DNA from: Chiloscyllium plagiosum
Lineage: Eukaryota
Reading direction: 5' to 3'
Length of the DNA: 36,279 bases
Assembly (NCBI RefSeq): GCF_004010195.1
Contig: NC_057720.1
Location: forward strand, 22,032,207-22,068,485
The notes beneath the pieces are model-generated. The model was not told where the DNA came from. It did not search any database and saw only the letters and a program-made list of their open reading frames with translations. The translations under genes and the position numbers were made by a program. Shown piece after piece: positions 11,651-23,599 of the stretch (positions are counted from its first letter, which is position 1; every line of letters begins with the position of its first letter).

Positions 11651-12143
11651 CTGACGAATTGTGTCAATAGAGATGCAGTAACAAACTAATTCCCTTTAAA
11701 ATGCTTGCAAAACATAATTTCTTCTTCTTCCAAAATGGACCATGACCTCTGGGTAATCTCTCTCCCCCTTCAGAATGTCCTGAAGCTGTTCTGTGACATA
11801 TACTGTATTGAAGTCAGATCTATGACAATGGAAATGCCTGTCACTCTCCACAATAATGAATCCCCTAGCATGATTTCCATTTCACAATTCGTCCACCCCA
11901 ATGCAGCTGGACACTACTTAGTGCCATGGCCTTACTTCAACAGCTTTCACTCTTACCAACTTTGGTTAAAAAAAAGGAAGAGCAGACAAACACAGTCGTT
12001 TGTTTGTAAGGCCAGGCCTGAATGTTTTTTGAAGGTTGGTTCTTCATCAAAAGGGTTACTTTTGCCCAGATAGCAGATGTTCGGCTGTTAACCAGGTCAG
12101 TAGCTCAGAATTGGTGCCAGTATGTTTGAAAGAAAAGATGATA

Positions 12144-12273
12144 GAGGAGAAAGTGAGGACTGCAGATGCTGGAGATCAGAGCTGAAAATGTGTTGCTGGA
12201 AAAGTGCAGCAGGTCAGGCAGTATCCAAGGAGCAGGAGAATCGACGTTTCGGGCATGAGCCCTTCTTCAGGAA
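12144..12273 (-). mobile_element. Solo PLE pseudo-LTR terminus (about 130 bp) with an intact hammerhead-like motif and 38-nt tail
   Basis: rc: ttcCTGAAGAagggctcatgcccGAAACGTCgattc...ccagcatctgcagtcctcactttctcctc; same family as 21662-21890; imperfect flanking duplication aagaaaagat(g/c)at. Confidence 0.85.
12243..12270 (-). ncRNA. Minimal hammerhead-like motif
   Basis: CUGAAGA-A-GGGC(UCAU)GCCC-GAAAC-GUC; palindromic ACGU stem III with no loop. Confidence 0.65.
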
Positions 12274-12730
12274 GAAAAGATCATGGTCAAACAGAGGGAG
12301 CCGCCAGAGTCTTGAATAGGTTTTTGGCCTGTCTTTCTGAGAGAAGACGTTTGGCTGTGAATGCTACAGCATAACGATTTGAAAACTCATTTCCCTCCCT
12401 CCCGTTATCAGCTATTGGAAGTTCAGAGAATGGAAACTAAGGTATAAGTGTCACTGACTTCCTTAGAGTGAACAGCAACTGTAGCCCTGATTGACATCAT
12501 CAGAAAATCAACCAAAAAATAATACATATTTCTGTGGGACAACACATTGGGGAAAACTGCTTAAATCTGGCCAGTGTTGTTATTTTATTCATACTTTAAC
12601 AATGTTTGTTTGCCTGTTCATCTTCTATGTGAATGGATTGAAAACAGAGGTCATTGGGATAAATCATAGAAATTAATGAGACTAATTTGTTGTTTAATTT
12701 TGCTCAGCTAAAGTGACTGTATTGCTAATT

Positions 12731-13915
12731 AGAGTCATAGAGTCAGAGAGACATACGGAACAGAAGCAGACCCTTTGGTCCAACCCGTCCATGCCAACCA
12801 GATATCCCAACCCAATTTAGTCCCATCTGCCAGCACCTGGCCCATATCCCTCTAAACCCTTCCTATTCATATACACATCCAGATGCCTTTTAAATATTGC
12901 AATTGTACTAGCCTCCACCACATCCTCTGGCAGTCTATTCCACACACGCACCACTCCCTGTGTGAAAAAGTTACCCCTTAGGTCTCTTTTATATTTTTCC
13001 CCTCTCACCCTAAACCTATGCCCTCTAGTCCTGGACTCGCCCACCCCAGAGAAGAGACTTTTTGCCTAATTACCCTATCCATGCCCCTCATGATTTTATA
13101 AACTTCTATAAGGTCACCCCTCAGACTCTGACATTCCAGGGAAAACAGCTCCAGCCTATTCAACCTCTTCCTATTGCTCAAATCTTCCAACTCTGGCAAC
13201 ATCCTTGTAAATCTTCTCTGAACCCTTTCAAGTTTCACAATATCCTTCTAATAGTAAGGAGACCAGAATTGCATGCAATATTCCAAAAGTGGCCTAACCA
13301 ATGTCCTGTACAGCCGCAACATGGTCTCCCAACTCCTGTACTCAATACTCTGACCAATAAAGGAAAGCATACCAAATGCCTTCTTCACTATCCTATTGAC
13401 CTGCGACTCCACTTTCCAGGAGATATGAACCTGCACTCCAAGGTCTCTTTGTTCAGCAACACTCCCTAGGACCTTACCATTAAGTGTATACATCCAGCTA
13501 AGATTTGCTTTCCAAAAATGCAGCAACTTGCATTTATCTAAATTAAACTCCATCTGCCACTTAGCCCATTGGCCCATCTGATCAAGATGCCGTTGAAAAC
13601 TGAGATGACCTTGTGGCACTTTACTGGTCACAGGCCTCCAATGTGAAAAACAACCCTTCACCACTACCTTCTGTCTTTTACATTTGAGCCAGTTCTGTAT
13701 CCAAATGGCTAGTTCTCCCTGTATTCCGTGAGATCTAACCTTGCTCATCAGTCTCCCATGGGGAACCTTGTTGAACTCCTTACTGAAGTCCATATAGAGC
13801 ACGTCTACTGCTCTGCCCTCATCAATCCTCTTTGTTACTTCTTCAAAAAACTCAATCAAGTTTGTGAGACATGATTTCCCATTGTACAAAGCCATCTTAC
13901 CTATCACTAATCAGT
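12731..13915 (-). mobile_element. CR1 3' 1.2 kb with an internal deletion of the RT catalytic core
   Basis: GKSCLTNLIEFFEEVTK..VDVLYMDFSKEF..VTSKVPQG joins directly to HLSFQRHLDQ (the SVLGP..FADD block is missing); CR1 tail rc agagtcatagagtc. Confidence 0.93.
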
Positions 13916-14094
13916 TATTTTGTTTCAGCTACTAACCTAGTATCTGGATTTGATCATTCACAGTGTCTGGGACTAGTTGTTGAAAAAAGTCTACTTAGGA
14001 ATGATTGGGGTGATTTTGAGGGTTTTTGAAGTTTTTAGTTTCACTGTGTTGTGAATAAAGAGGTAGAAGAGCTGATATGATTCAGTGTCTGTTC

Positions 14095-14620
14095 TGTTCT
14101 GTGTTGTAACAATAGGAAAGATGAGATTGTATTCGAGGGTGCAGAGAAGATTTAGCATGATGCTGCCTCGATTGGAGGGTCTGAGCTATGAGGAGAAAAT
14201 GGTTAGGTTGAGGTTGTTTTTCATGAGGCAGTGAAGGGTGAGAGGGGAACCTGATAGAGCTGTATAAAATTATCAGGGCCATAGATAATGTGAATACAAA
14301 GGTACTTTTTCCATTAGTAGAGAAGTCAATAGCTAGGGGCTATAGATTTAAGGTAAGAGGTAGATGTCTAAAAGGAGTGTCGAGGGAAATCTTTTTTTTT
14401 CAGAGCATGGTGACAGTCTAGAAATCAATGCCTGATAAGATGGCTGAATTAGAAACTCTTGCAATATTTAAGCAGTATTTAGATATTTACTTGCATTGGT
14501 TTAGCCTTCATGGCAATGGGCACCGAGCTGGAACATGGGATTAGTGCCGTCAGATCTTTTTCTGATTGGCAATATCGCAATGGGCTCAATGGCCTCCGTC
14601 TGTGCTGCAAACGTTCACGG
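14095..14620 (+). mobile_element. Old CR1 3' fragment
   Basis: gagggtgcagagaagatttagcatgatgctgcc..ctgatagagctgtataaaattat; decayed 3' UTR. Confidence 0.8.
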
Positions 14621-15623
14621 GTCTGTTTGAAATAAAGGGTAGGTCAGCAGAACTAATTATCCGAATGAATGTTCATATTGTCCTATTTTAATAATGAGAG
14701 CTCAGGAACATGTCTTTCTAGTTCTCCAGATGTTTTTTCAGTTTATGAATTCTGCAATATTCCTTGGAGATGAAGGAAATCAGTTACATGAGCCTTCTTA
14801 ATGTTCTTTGCCATCGATATTCATTTGTCCTGACTCTATACTCTAGTGAATTACCATACTTACTCTGATGACTGACCTCTCAACTGCTGTTACAATGTTG
14901 TAGCTGTGTATTGTTTTTGTGTTTATATATTGCTAATGTATGCACATAAATGCATTCCATCGCTGTCCTTTTGCTTCCTAGTCAAGCTTAAACATACTCC
15001 TACCATGCTTGGTCATTTCTCAGTTTCTATTGTTTCATTGTCTTGAATATCTTACTTACTTTTCTACAAATTACTTCCAGATTTTAAAAAGAAAAATTGT
15101 AAACAACCATACAACATGTAACCAGTGTGTTGCAATGAAAACATTGTTTTTACTTATTTTACCTCAGTCTCCTACAGTAGTGAATGTGCAATCTGTTGAC
15201 AAGCCTGACCCCACTTGTGATGAATGTGCACATTGTTTCATGTACTTTAGTCATTGCCTTGTGTCTGTGAGTAATTCATGAAAATGCATAGGAAAACAGA
15301 AACAAAAGCTGCTGAATGTCATTTAAATTTAATTTTATCCCCAAACTCGAAGCTGCTTTCATGCACTTCTCCAAACATGATCTTTTCCACTATTCTGATA
15401 AATGTATACACATCATTTCAGGCTATAAATTAGGGGCTGTCTGAAAAGAACAATCATTAAAGAGCAGAAAGCTGAGTGAAAATGTAATTAAACCTCTTAA
15501 TTATAAATACTGCACAGAGGTCTACAAATACTAGACATACAAAAATCAAAATCGCAGAGACTAGTTTATAAAATAAATGTTTTCAATGTAGTGGTTCTGT
15601 TCGCCGAGCTGGGAATTTGTGTT

Positions 15624-15663
15624 GCAGACGTTTCGTCCCCTGTCTAGGTGACATCCTCAGTGC
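15624..15663 (-). ncRNA. Minimal type I hammerhead ribozyme motif (best formed in the window)
   Basis: rc: GCA-CUGAGGA-U-GUCACCU(AGAC)AGGGGAC-GAAAC-GUC-UGC, giving a 3-bp stem I, a 7-position stem II with one mismatch, a loopless palindromic ACGU stem III and a GUC cleavage triplet. Confidence 0.75.
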
Positions 15664-15822
15664 TTGGGAGCCTCCTGTGAAGCGCTTCTGTGTTGTTTCC
15701 TCCGGCATTTATAGTGGTTTGTCTCTGCCACTTCTGGTTGTCAGTTCCAGCTGTCCGCTGCAGTGGCCGGTATATTGGGTCCAGGTCAATGTGTTTGTTG
15801 ATAGAATCTGTGGATGAGTGCC

Positions 15823-16990
15823 TATGAACTACCTAAAGTGCACAAACCAGACATCCCATCAGACCCATCGTATTGCTACTAGGGACACCATCACACAAAC
15901 TGGCTAAAGAACTACAACAGAAACTTAAACACCTGATCAGCGGATCCAGACACTCTATACAGTCAACACAGGAATTCTTGGACATCATCAGAAATATACA
16001 TATAGACAAGGAAGAAACTATGGTCTCATTCAATGTAATGGCACTGTTCACCTCTATCGACAAAACCCTAGCTAGAGAAACAATAGCCAACCTGCTGAAC
16101 ACACAGAACAGACAACAAGACAGGGAACCTATCAACAAAGACTGCATACTCAAACTACTGGACCTGTGCCTCACAACACACTTCACAATCAACAACCAAA
16201 TATATGAACAAATCAATGGCACACCCATGGGCTCACCCATCTCTGGACTCATAGCAGAAGTGGTAATGCAAAGATTAGAACAAACAGTCTTACTGCAAAT
16301 TCAACCCAAACTCTGGGTCAGATATGTAGATGACATCTTTGTAATCATTAAAAACACAGAAATAGAAAACATACACCGAATCATCAACGCCACACTCACA
16401 GGAATCAGATTCACTAGAGAGGAAGAAAAGGACAACCAACTCCCATTTCCTAGACGTGATGGTACAGAGAACACCGAACGGAGAATTCACCACAAAGGTA
16501 TACAGGAAAGCCACACACACAGACCAAGTCCTGAACTACAAAAGCAACCACCCCAACACACGCAAGAAGTTGCATCATGACACTGTTCAAAAGGGCCACA
16601 ACACACTGCAGCACACCAGAACTGCAAAAGACAACAACTCAACAGGACAAAGGACCCGATACCCAGCATGAGCAAAACCAACATAGTGTACAAAATCCCA
16701 CGCAAGGACTGCACAAAACACTACATAGGACAAACAGCAAGACAGCTAATGATCCGTATCCATGAACACCAACTAGCCACAAAACGGCACGACCAGCTAT
16801 CCTTAGTAGCCACACATGCGGAAAGACAAGCAACGTGAGTTCGACTGGGACAACACTACTATTATAGGACAAGCCAAACAGAGAACAGCCAGGGAATTCC
16901 TAGAGGCATGGTACTCATCCACAGATTCTATCAACAAACACATCGACCTGGACCCAATATAACGGCCACTGCAGGGGATAGCTGGAACTG
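15823..16990 (+). pseudogene. Disrupted PLE reverse transcriptase-GIY-YIG endonuclease ORF
   Basis: Frameshifts near 15860, 16450 and 16575, and an apparent internal deletion at about 16630 (ELQK jumps to RQQLNRTKDP). Confidence 0.88.
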
Positions 16991-17460
16991 ACAACCGGAA
17001 GCGGCAGAGACAAACCACTATAAATGCCGGAGGAAACATCACAGAAGCGCTTCACAGGACGAAACGTCTGCAACACAAATTCCCAGCTCGGCGAACAGAA
17101 CCACAACAACGAGCACCCGAGCTACAAATCTTCTCCCAAACTTTGAAAATGTTTTCAATATACTTTTCTGAAAGTTTCTGCTATTAGAATGTATGCTCAA
17201 AGGTTCCATCTTAGCTCACCACTTTGTTATTGTTTTGTCCTCCCTGGTCCCTGTAATATGTGCTCCATGTGGTTTTGTTTTCTTGTAAGAACACATATGC
17301 CTACTTGATGGCATGCTCTTTCTCTGTGCTTCCTTGTCATAAAGCATCAGAATTTGCCAATAATAAACTGAGTAATATACATAAATTGAACTTACACCTC
17401 ACCTCTTGGCATTGAATGGATAGTGCGTCCTGCAGCATTATGCCTGTCCTTACTCTTGAA

Positions 17461-17590
17461 AAAAAAGCAAAACATCATGGATGATGGAAATTTGAAATGA
17501 AAACACAAAGCATTAGGAAAAAAACTGGCAGCATTCGTACAGAGAGAAAGAAAATGAACATTTCAAGTCCGATATGACTTGTTCCGAACA
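17461..17590 (-). mobile_element. Old PLE pseudo-LTR remnant
   Basis: rc ..gtcatatcggacttgaaatgttcatt..aatgctgccag..atttccatcatccatg parallels the younger PLE termini. Confidence 0.55.
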
Positions 17591-18287
17591 AGCATGATAG
17601 CTTACTGTAATAATATTATTTCTAGGGATGATGCAAGACTATTTCAGACAGGAGAATAAGATGGTCTTTAAGATTTTGGTGGAGGGGGTGTAAGCAGGTC
17701 TTTCCTCGCTAACCTCCAAACTTCTATCCATTCTGCTCTGATGCGTTTTCAGGAGATAAACTAAGATTAAGTGGTTGTGAACCCTGTTGAAAATCCTAAA
17801 AATACAACAAGGTAATTAATTTTGGTGGGGATGCATTATTGCCATTAGGAGCAGAGACGATTCTTCATTGGACCTTCCCAATCATTGGGATAGTAGGATG
17901 TCACTAGACATTCTGGCCAGAGATTTGGAGTATATGCTGCTTGAATGAACCTGGAAACATGATTGATCTACCCTGGAACAGAACCTGTCTCTTCAATTTG
18001 CCAAAGAATCTGTATCAATGAACAAGGGCAAGGTGAGCATTCTAACAAGAGCAAGGTGAGTGATATTTGCACTCAGGGATTTTCAAACCGTTGTTACCTC
18101 CAGCACGAATGGATTAATATTTTATTATTCTCACTTTGAATTTCTAGCTTGAGCCCACCTTACTTAATCTGGGTTTTTGGCATGATTGAGACTTCAGTGT
18201 TCATTCTAAACATTAGGAATTTGTTTAACTGGATATGGAAGCTGTTTATGATGAATACACCACAACATTTAATGAGATTAAGATCAA

Positions 18288-18306
18288 CACTGCCCTCTAA
18301 TGGCAC
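18288..18306 (-). promoter_or_regulatory. CTCF-like motif
   Basis: rc gccattagagggcagtg versus the consensus core CCACYAGRKGGCRS (one mismatch); motif match only. Confidence 0.35.
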
Positions 18307-18335
18307 CAGTTCATATGCTTTAATTTAAAATAATT

Positions 18336-18458
18336 TGTATATACTCATGTAATTTCTGCATTTACTCGTGATATTTCTGTATTTACTCATGATATTTCTG
18401 TATATACTCATGCAATTTCTGTATATACTCGTGTAATTTCTGTATATACACGTGTAAT
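18336..18458. repeat. 21-bp minisatellite, about 5.9 copies
   Basis: Unit tgtatatactcatgtaatttc starting at 18336, 18357, 18378, 18399, 18420 and 18441. Confidence 0.95.
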
Positions 18459-19109
18459 GGTCCAACAGATGAGGTTAGTTTCTCAAGCTAAAAGTTAGAG
18501 ATCATGAAATTGAGGGATTAACATCTGCTCTTGATCTGGCTTTAAAAAAATGGAACAAAGTAAAAACCAACAACACTAAAAATTCATCTTAATTTTCTAA
18601 CATTGTTTACTTTATGGCATCTTTGTCTTTAGTTTGTAAAATAGTTCATAAATTAAACACTGATTTCTAGCTGAATCACCAAATAATTTCTCCCAATACA
18701 TCTTCACACAGCTCTTTCTCATCTTCATCATTGATATTGGCATCATAATTCCCATGTAATCATTTTCAGTACTGTTGAATTGATTTGTTATCCCCTATTT
18801 TAGAAATAATATTTGGACAATACTAGAATCCAGTTAATTTCATGTCTCCATGACCCATTGGCACAATGTTGTTAGTAAGAGTACTGACATAATTTCATCT
18901 TGCGTGAGTGTTTTTTAACCTTCTAAAATTCAATTGTTCCATATTTAGGAAGCAACCCTTGAGAGTTTTATTTGCACATACATTCAAGAGGTGAACAATA
19001 CTTGTGGGGCTACCAGAATTAATTGCCTTTTCAGTGTTGGCTGATCTCAGATTATGGACGACATCATCAACTATGTGGGATCTGAATATGACTTGGACGA
19101 GCAAACAAT

Positions 19110-19300
19110 TTTCTTCCTATCACACACCTTCCCTTCTGTCCTTTCCCTACCTTGTCCTTTCAAATGCTTAAAATCTGCTACATTTCTAATACTTCCCTGT
19201 TGTGATGAAAAGCTGACACACTAAAATGTTAACACTGTTATCCTCTCCCCAGATGTTGCATGATCTGCTGAGTATTTCCAGCACATTCTGCTTTTATTCT
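19110..19300 (+). mobile_element. Old PLE pseudo-LTR remnant
   Basis: Pyrimidine tract then tgtgatgaaaagctgacacactaaaatgttaac..cagatgttgcatgatctgctgagtatttccagca (degenerate hammerhead region). Confidence 0.6.
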
Positions 19301-19627
19301 GTAGACTAGGCTTGTATTCGATGGACGATATCTTAAGGGGTGATTGATCTTGTGTTTAGCAATTGAAAGAAGTCAGGCTGGCTTCTGACTGGTGATCCTG
19401 AAACTGGCTGTTTGAGCTCAGATAAAAAAATAACTACCTTGAAACAAAGTGCCAAAAAAAGACAAATAACAAATGACATGAGGAATTTATCAACCTGTTC
19501 AGTTCCAGGAGACAGTTGGAAGGAGAGGAGGGGACAAAATGTACTTAATTCCTGGACAAGTTTCTAATTTGTAATCCATTTCTGACACACATATTTCTTG
19601 TCAAAACCTTTGCAGTCTCTTTGTATC

Positions 19628-20100
19628 GGGCAGAATTTTATCAGAAAGTAGCTGTGTCAATTTTAGTGAGTTTCATAGATGGTTTGTCTCTGTGAGCCTT
19701 AATGAGTTTACTCACACTATTCTTTGCAGTGAGCCTCATTTGCTAAGCACAATGTCTCTATGGCATCCCGCTCTCAGTACCTTCCACTCAGCAATGGCAC
19801 AAGTATTTGCTGCTGCCAGGACCTCTTGAGTCAAACACTGCCAGACAGGAGCTGCTCTTCACATAATGGGAAGGGACTTTAAAGGAAACATGTCTGAGGG
19901 CACATAAGTGGCAGGGCTGACACTTTGTTGCAAGGGCAAGTGCCACATTTGTAAATGTATTGCTAGTTTACATCATCCTCTGCCCAGTTGACATTTATTG
20001 TAACTGCAACTATAAGAGCCAAGGTCACCAACCTTCAGTGTCATTCCATCCTAAAACCCTGTCTAAGGGAGTGTACGTGTTTCTCTAATACCCAGTGTGA
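19628..20100. mobile_element. Possible decayed PIF/Harbinger-derived element
   Basis: Begins gggcagaatttta, like Harbinger-type termini recalled from fish and shark genomes; no matching other TIR and no clear coding motif found. Confidence 0.25.
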
Positions 20101-20235
20101 CCTAAAATCTTGTCAGTGCTCAATGTGGGTGCATCACACACTGGGAAACATTTGGATTGTTGAACATGTTATTTTAATTCAGCAACAGCAAAGGGAAACA
20201 AAGAAAAAGCTACATTTGGTTCTGGGATCAAATTT

Positions 20236-20525
20236 GATTACATTACAATGTGGAAACAGGCCCTTTGGCCCAACAGGTCCACACCGACCCACTGAAGCGC
20301 AATCCACCCATACCCCTAACCTAACACTACGGGCAATTTAGCATGGCCAATTAACCTGACCTGCACATCTTTGGACTGTGGGAGGAAACCGGAGCACCCG
20401 GAGGAAACCCACACAGACACGGGGAGAACGTGCAAACTCCACACAGTCAGTCGCCTGAGGCGGGAATTGAAGCCGGGTCTCTGGCGCTGTGAGGCAGCAG
20501 TCTAACCACTGTGCCACCGTGCCGC
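20236..20525 (-). mobile_element. V-SINE (HE1-like)
   Basis: rc of the 10856-11167 family: A/B boxes, V-domain and short tail. Confidence 0.93.
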
Positions 20526-20659
20526 GCATGGGGACCATGAGCCTTTCAAAATCACAACCCATGAGTCATCATTGCATCCAGCTCAGATCGATTGGAACTG
20601 GATGTCATTTGAAACTTGTCCAACTTGTTACACCTGATGCATAAGTGTTTATGTCTTAA

Positions 20660-23015
20660 CACAAGAACATATAAAAATAAGAACTAGGAGCAGGAGTAGA
20701 TCATCTGGCCCTTCGAGCCTGCTCTGCCATTCAATAAGATTATGGCTGATCTTTTCTCAGTTCCACTCCGCCCTCTCATGATAACCCTTAATTCCGTTAC
20801 TGTTCAAAAAACTTTCAATCTTAGCTTTAAAAATGTTTACTGATGTAACTTCAACTACTTCACTGAACAGGGAACTCCATAGTTTTAAAACCCCTTGGAT
20901 GAAGTTCTAAATCTGTTCCCCCTAATTTTGAGGCTATGCCCTCTTGTCCTACTTTCACCTGCCACTGGAACCGTCGTCTTTACTTCTATCTTATTTATTC
21001 TCTTCTTAATTTTATACGTTTCTCTAAAATCCCCCCCCATTCTTCTAAATTCCAATGAATATTATCCCAATCTACTCAATCTCTCCTCATAAGCCAACCT
21101 TCCCAATTCTGGAATCAACTTAGTGAACCTCCTCTGCACACTCTCCAATGCCAGTACATCCTTTCTCAGGTAAGGAGACCAAAACTGCATGCAGTACTCC
21201 AGGTGTGGCCTCACCAACACCCTGCAACACAACCTGCCTGCTTTTAAACTCAACCCTTTAGCAATGAAGGACAACATTCCATTTGCCTTCCTAATTACTT
21301 GTTGTACCTAGAGACCAACTTTCTGCGATGCAGGCACAAGCACACCCATGTCCCTCTGTACAGCAGCATGCTGCAAACTTTTACCATTGAACATTTTTAC
21401 TGTTACTCCTACCAAAATAGATGACTTCACATTTATTAACATTGTGTTCCATCAGCCAGACCTTTGTCCACTCACATAAAGTATCAATGTTCCTCTGCAA
21501 AGTTTCAAAGTCCTCTGCACACTTTGCTCTGCCACTTATCTGAGTGTCATCTGCAAACTTTGACAAGCTACATGTGGTCCCCAACTCCAAATCAGCTATA
21601 TAACTTATGAATAATTGTGGTCCCAACACTGATCCCTGAGGCACACCACTAGTTACTGATTGAGGAGAAAGTGAGGACTGCAGATGCTGGAGATCAGAGC
21701 TGAAAATGTATTGCTGGAAAAGCGCAGCAGGTTCGGCAGTATCCAAGGAGCAGGAGAATCGATGTTTCGGGCATGAGCCTTTCTTCAGGCATGAGCCTTT
21801 CCTGAAGAAGGGCTCATGCCCGAAACGTCCATTCTCCTGCTCCTTGGATGCTGCCTGACCTGCTGCGCTTTTCCAGCAACACATTTTCAGTTCCAGTCTA
21901 CTTTAGCCAAGTTCTCCCTCAACCTATTGTAGTCTCCATTCTTTAAGCACAGGACCCTGGTATTGGATTTTATCTTCACATTTTCCATCTGTATTCTAAA
22001 TTCAACCATTCTGTGATTGCTCCTTCCAATAGGATCCCTAACTATGAGGTCATTAATTATTCCAGCCTCATTACAGAGGGCCAGATATAGGATAGATTGC
22101 TTCCTCGTCAGTTTTATTACATTATGTTCAAGCAAATGATCATGGATATACTCAATGAACCCATCCTCAACGCTACCCTAACCTAGCTGGTTCGACTAAT
22201 TAACATGTAGATTAAAATCCCCCATGATAATTGCCATACCATTTTACAGGCATTAGTTATTTCTTTGTTTCCCGCTCCAATGTGATATTGTTATTTGGTC
22301 GCCTATAGACTATGCCTATCAGTGACTTTTTCTTCTTAAAATTTCTAATTTCAACCCAAATGGATTCAACCTTATTCTCCATAGAACCTATATCTTCTCT
22401 CAGCACTGCCCTGATGTTGTCCTTGAATATCGGAGCTACACCACATCTCTTACCTTCCTTCTTAGTCTGATATCCCTGGATATTTACCTCTCAGTTGTGA
22501 CCATCCTGTAACCATGTCTCCAATGGCTACAAAATCATACTTATTTGCGACAATTTGTGCCATTAACTCATCGGCCACGTTACGAATGCTTCGAACATTC
22601 AGGTAAAGTGCTCTTATGCTAATTTTCATACCCTCATGATTTCCAACATCTCTAATAATATCTCCTGAGCTACCCTTCCTTTTTACTTCTTTCAGTGTCT
22701 GCCTTGTACTTAAATCCTCCTGCACACATGTGGACCACAACAACTAGATCCTCCCCCTCCCATTCCAATATCCTGTCAAGCTGTTCAGTGACGTCTTGCA
22801 CGCTGGTACTAAACGGGCAATATGCGGGACTCCCAATCCAGCTTGCAAAGGATACTATCCATCCTCCTAATTATAGAGTTCCCCCTAATTATAAATGTCA
22901 CACCTCTACAATGGTGCCCCTAAGCTCTGGTTGCCCAACTCATTAGTCCCCATCAGCAGCTACCTTACATTCATAACTTGACCCAATGTCACATACAGAA
23001 CACCATGCCACCTGA
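20660..23015 (-). mobile_element. CR1 with multiple internal deletions (ORF1 esterase remnant, endonuclease, RT 3' half), interrupted by a palindromic PLE
   Basis: rc GNSIIRRMDSILCK (about 22840-22885), ISIRALYLNVRSIRN, GRSNHRMVEF, VTSGVPQGSVLGP..KFADDT, LVRPHLEYCMQFWSP, and the 3' UTR at 20660. Confidence 0.9.
21662..21890. mobile_element. Palindromic mini-PLE (two head-to-head pseudo-LTR termini)
   Basis: 21700-21789 and 21801-21890 are inverted copies; the left arm has an extra 38-nt tail; hammerhead-like motif on + at 21802-21829 and a mutated one on - at 21761-21788. Confidence 0.9.
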
Positions 23016-23142
23016 AATTTATATCTCATAGTTTGTCCACATTCCACCTATTCAAGCAACATTATCCAATCAGAGTTCAATCTCTCTTGCATGATAAGAT
23101 AGAGTATAACTGGGAGCAGCAGAAACCAACTAACTAATTAGG

Positions 23143-23430
23143 TGTTGTGAGATAATACTGTGGTCATAGAGAGATGAGTCTGTCCTTATGCTAGTGAACA
23201 ACAGCCTTTCATAAAATATTTGCAGCGTAGTCATAAATGGGTAGAGGAGAGCATTTGTAGACTTTATAGGCTAGATCCAATTAGAGTTCACAAGCATCAC
23301 TGATGATGTATGCTATTCATTAATACAATGGGACTTTCCATTATTTGTTACTTCCGGCAGTCTTTTGATTGTTCCCTGTAAATAATGATAATTTAAATAT
23401 TGACATTCCTATAACATTTAGACATTTACA
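23143..23430 (-). repeat. Candidate 3' LTR of the Gypsy remnant
   Basis: On the minus strand it starts TGTAA (23430) right after a purine-rich tract gggggagggattgggagtatgggaaa, ends CACAACA (23143), and has an internal TATAAA; no second LTR seen. Confidence 0.4.
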
Positions 23431-23599
23431 TTTCCCATACTCCCAATCCCTCCCCCGCACCCCAAAAGTCTCTTGTGGACACTGTTCTCAGCCTGTTTTG
23501 AGGAAGGAGAGGTCTTGGGGGTTCACTTGCTACAGAAGATTTTTTCATAGGTTTTGAAAAATCTCTCGGAATGTGGACTGAATTCCACTGCTGTTCAGG

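Larger units (their letters stand above)
15588..17146 (+). mobile_element. Penelope-like element, Poseidon-type: inverted 5' pseudo-LTR (15588-15822) plus a 5'-truncated RT/GIY-YIG body, 13-bp TSD
   Basis: YELPKVHKPDIP..RPIV, MVSFNVMALFTSI, GTPMGSPISG, WVRYVDD (YVDD at 16323-16334), VYRKATHTDQVL, and GIY-YIG IVYKIP..HYIGQT (about 16683-16736); 15588-15822 is the rc of about 16905-17107; TSD aaatgttttcaat at 15575-15587 and 17147-17159. Confidence 0.95.

Noticed and set aside
18336..18458. CRISPR-like array
   Set aside because: Contiguous tandem units with no unique spacers, a eukaryotic context and no cas genes.
18680..19105. Protein-like peptides (NINDEDEKELCEDVLGEII on minus; MDDIINYVGSEYDLDEQ on plus)
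   Set aside because: Short, bounded by stops or running into a repeat, with no consistent splice sites or family match.
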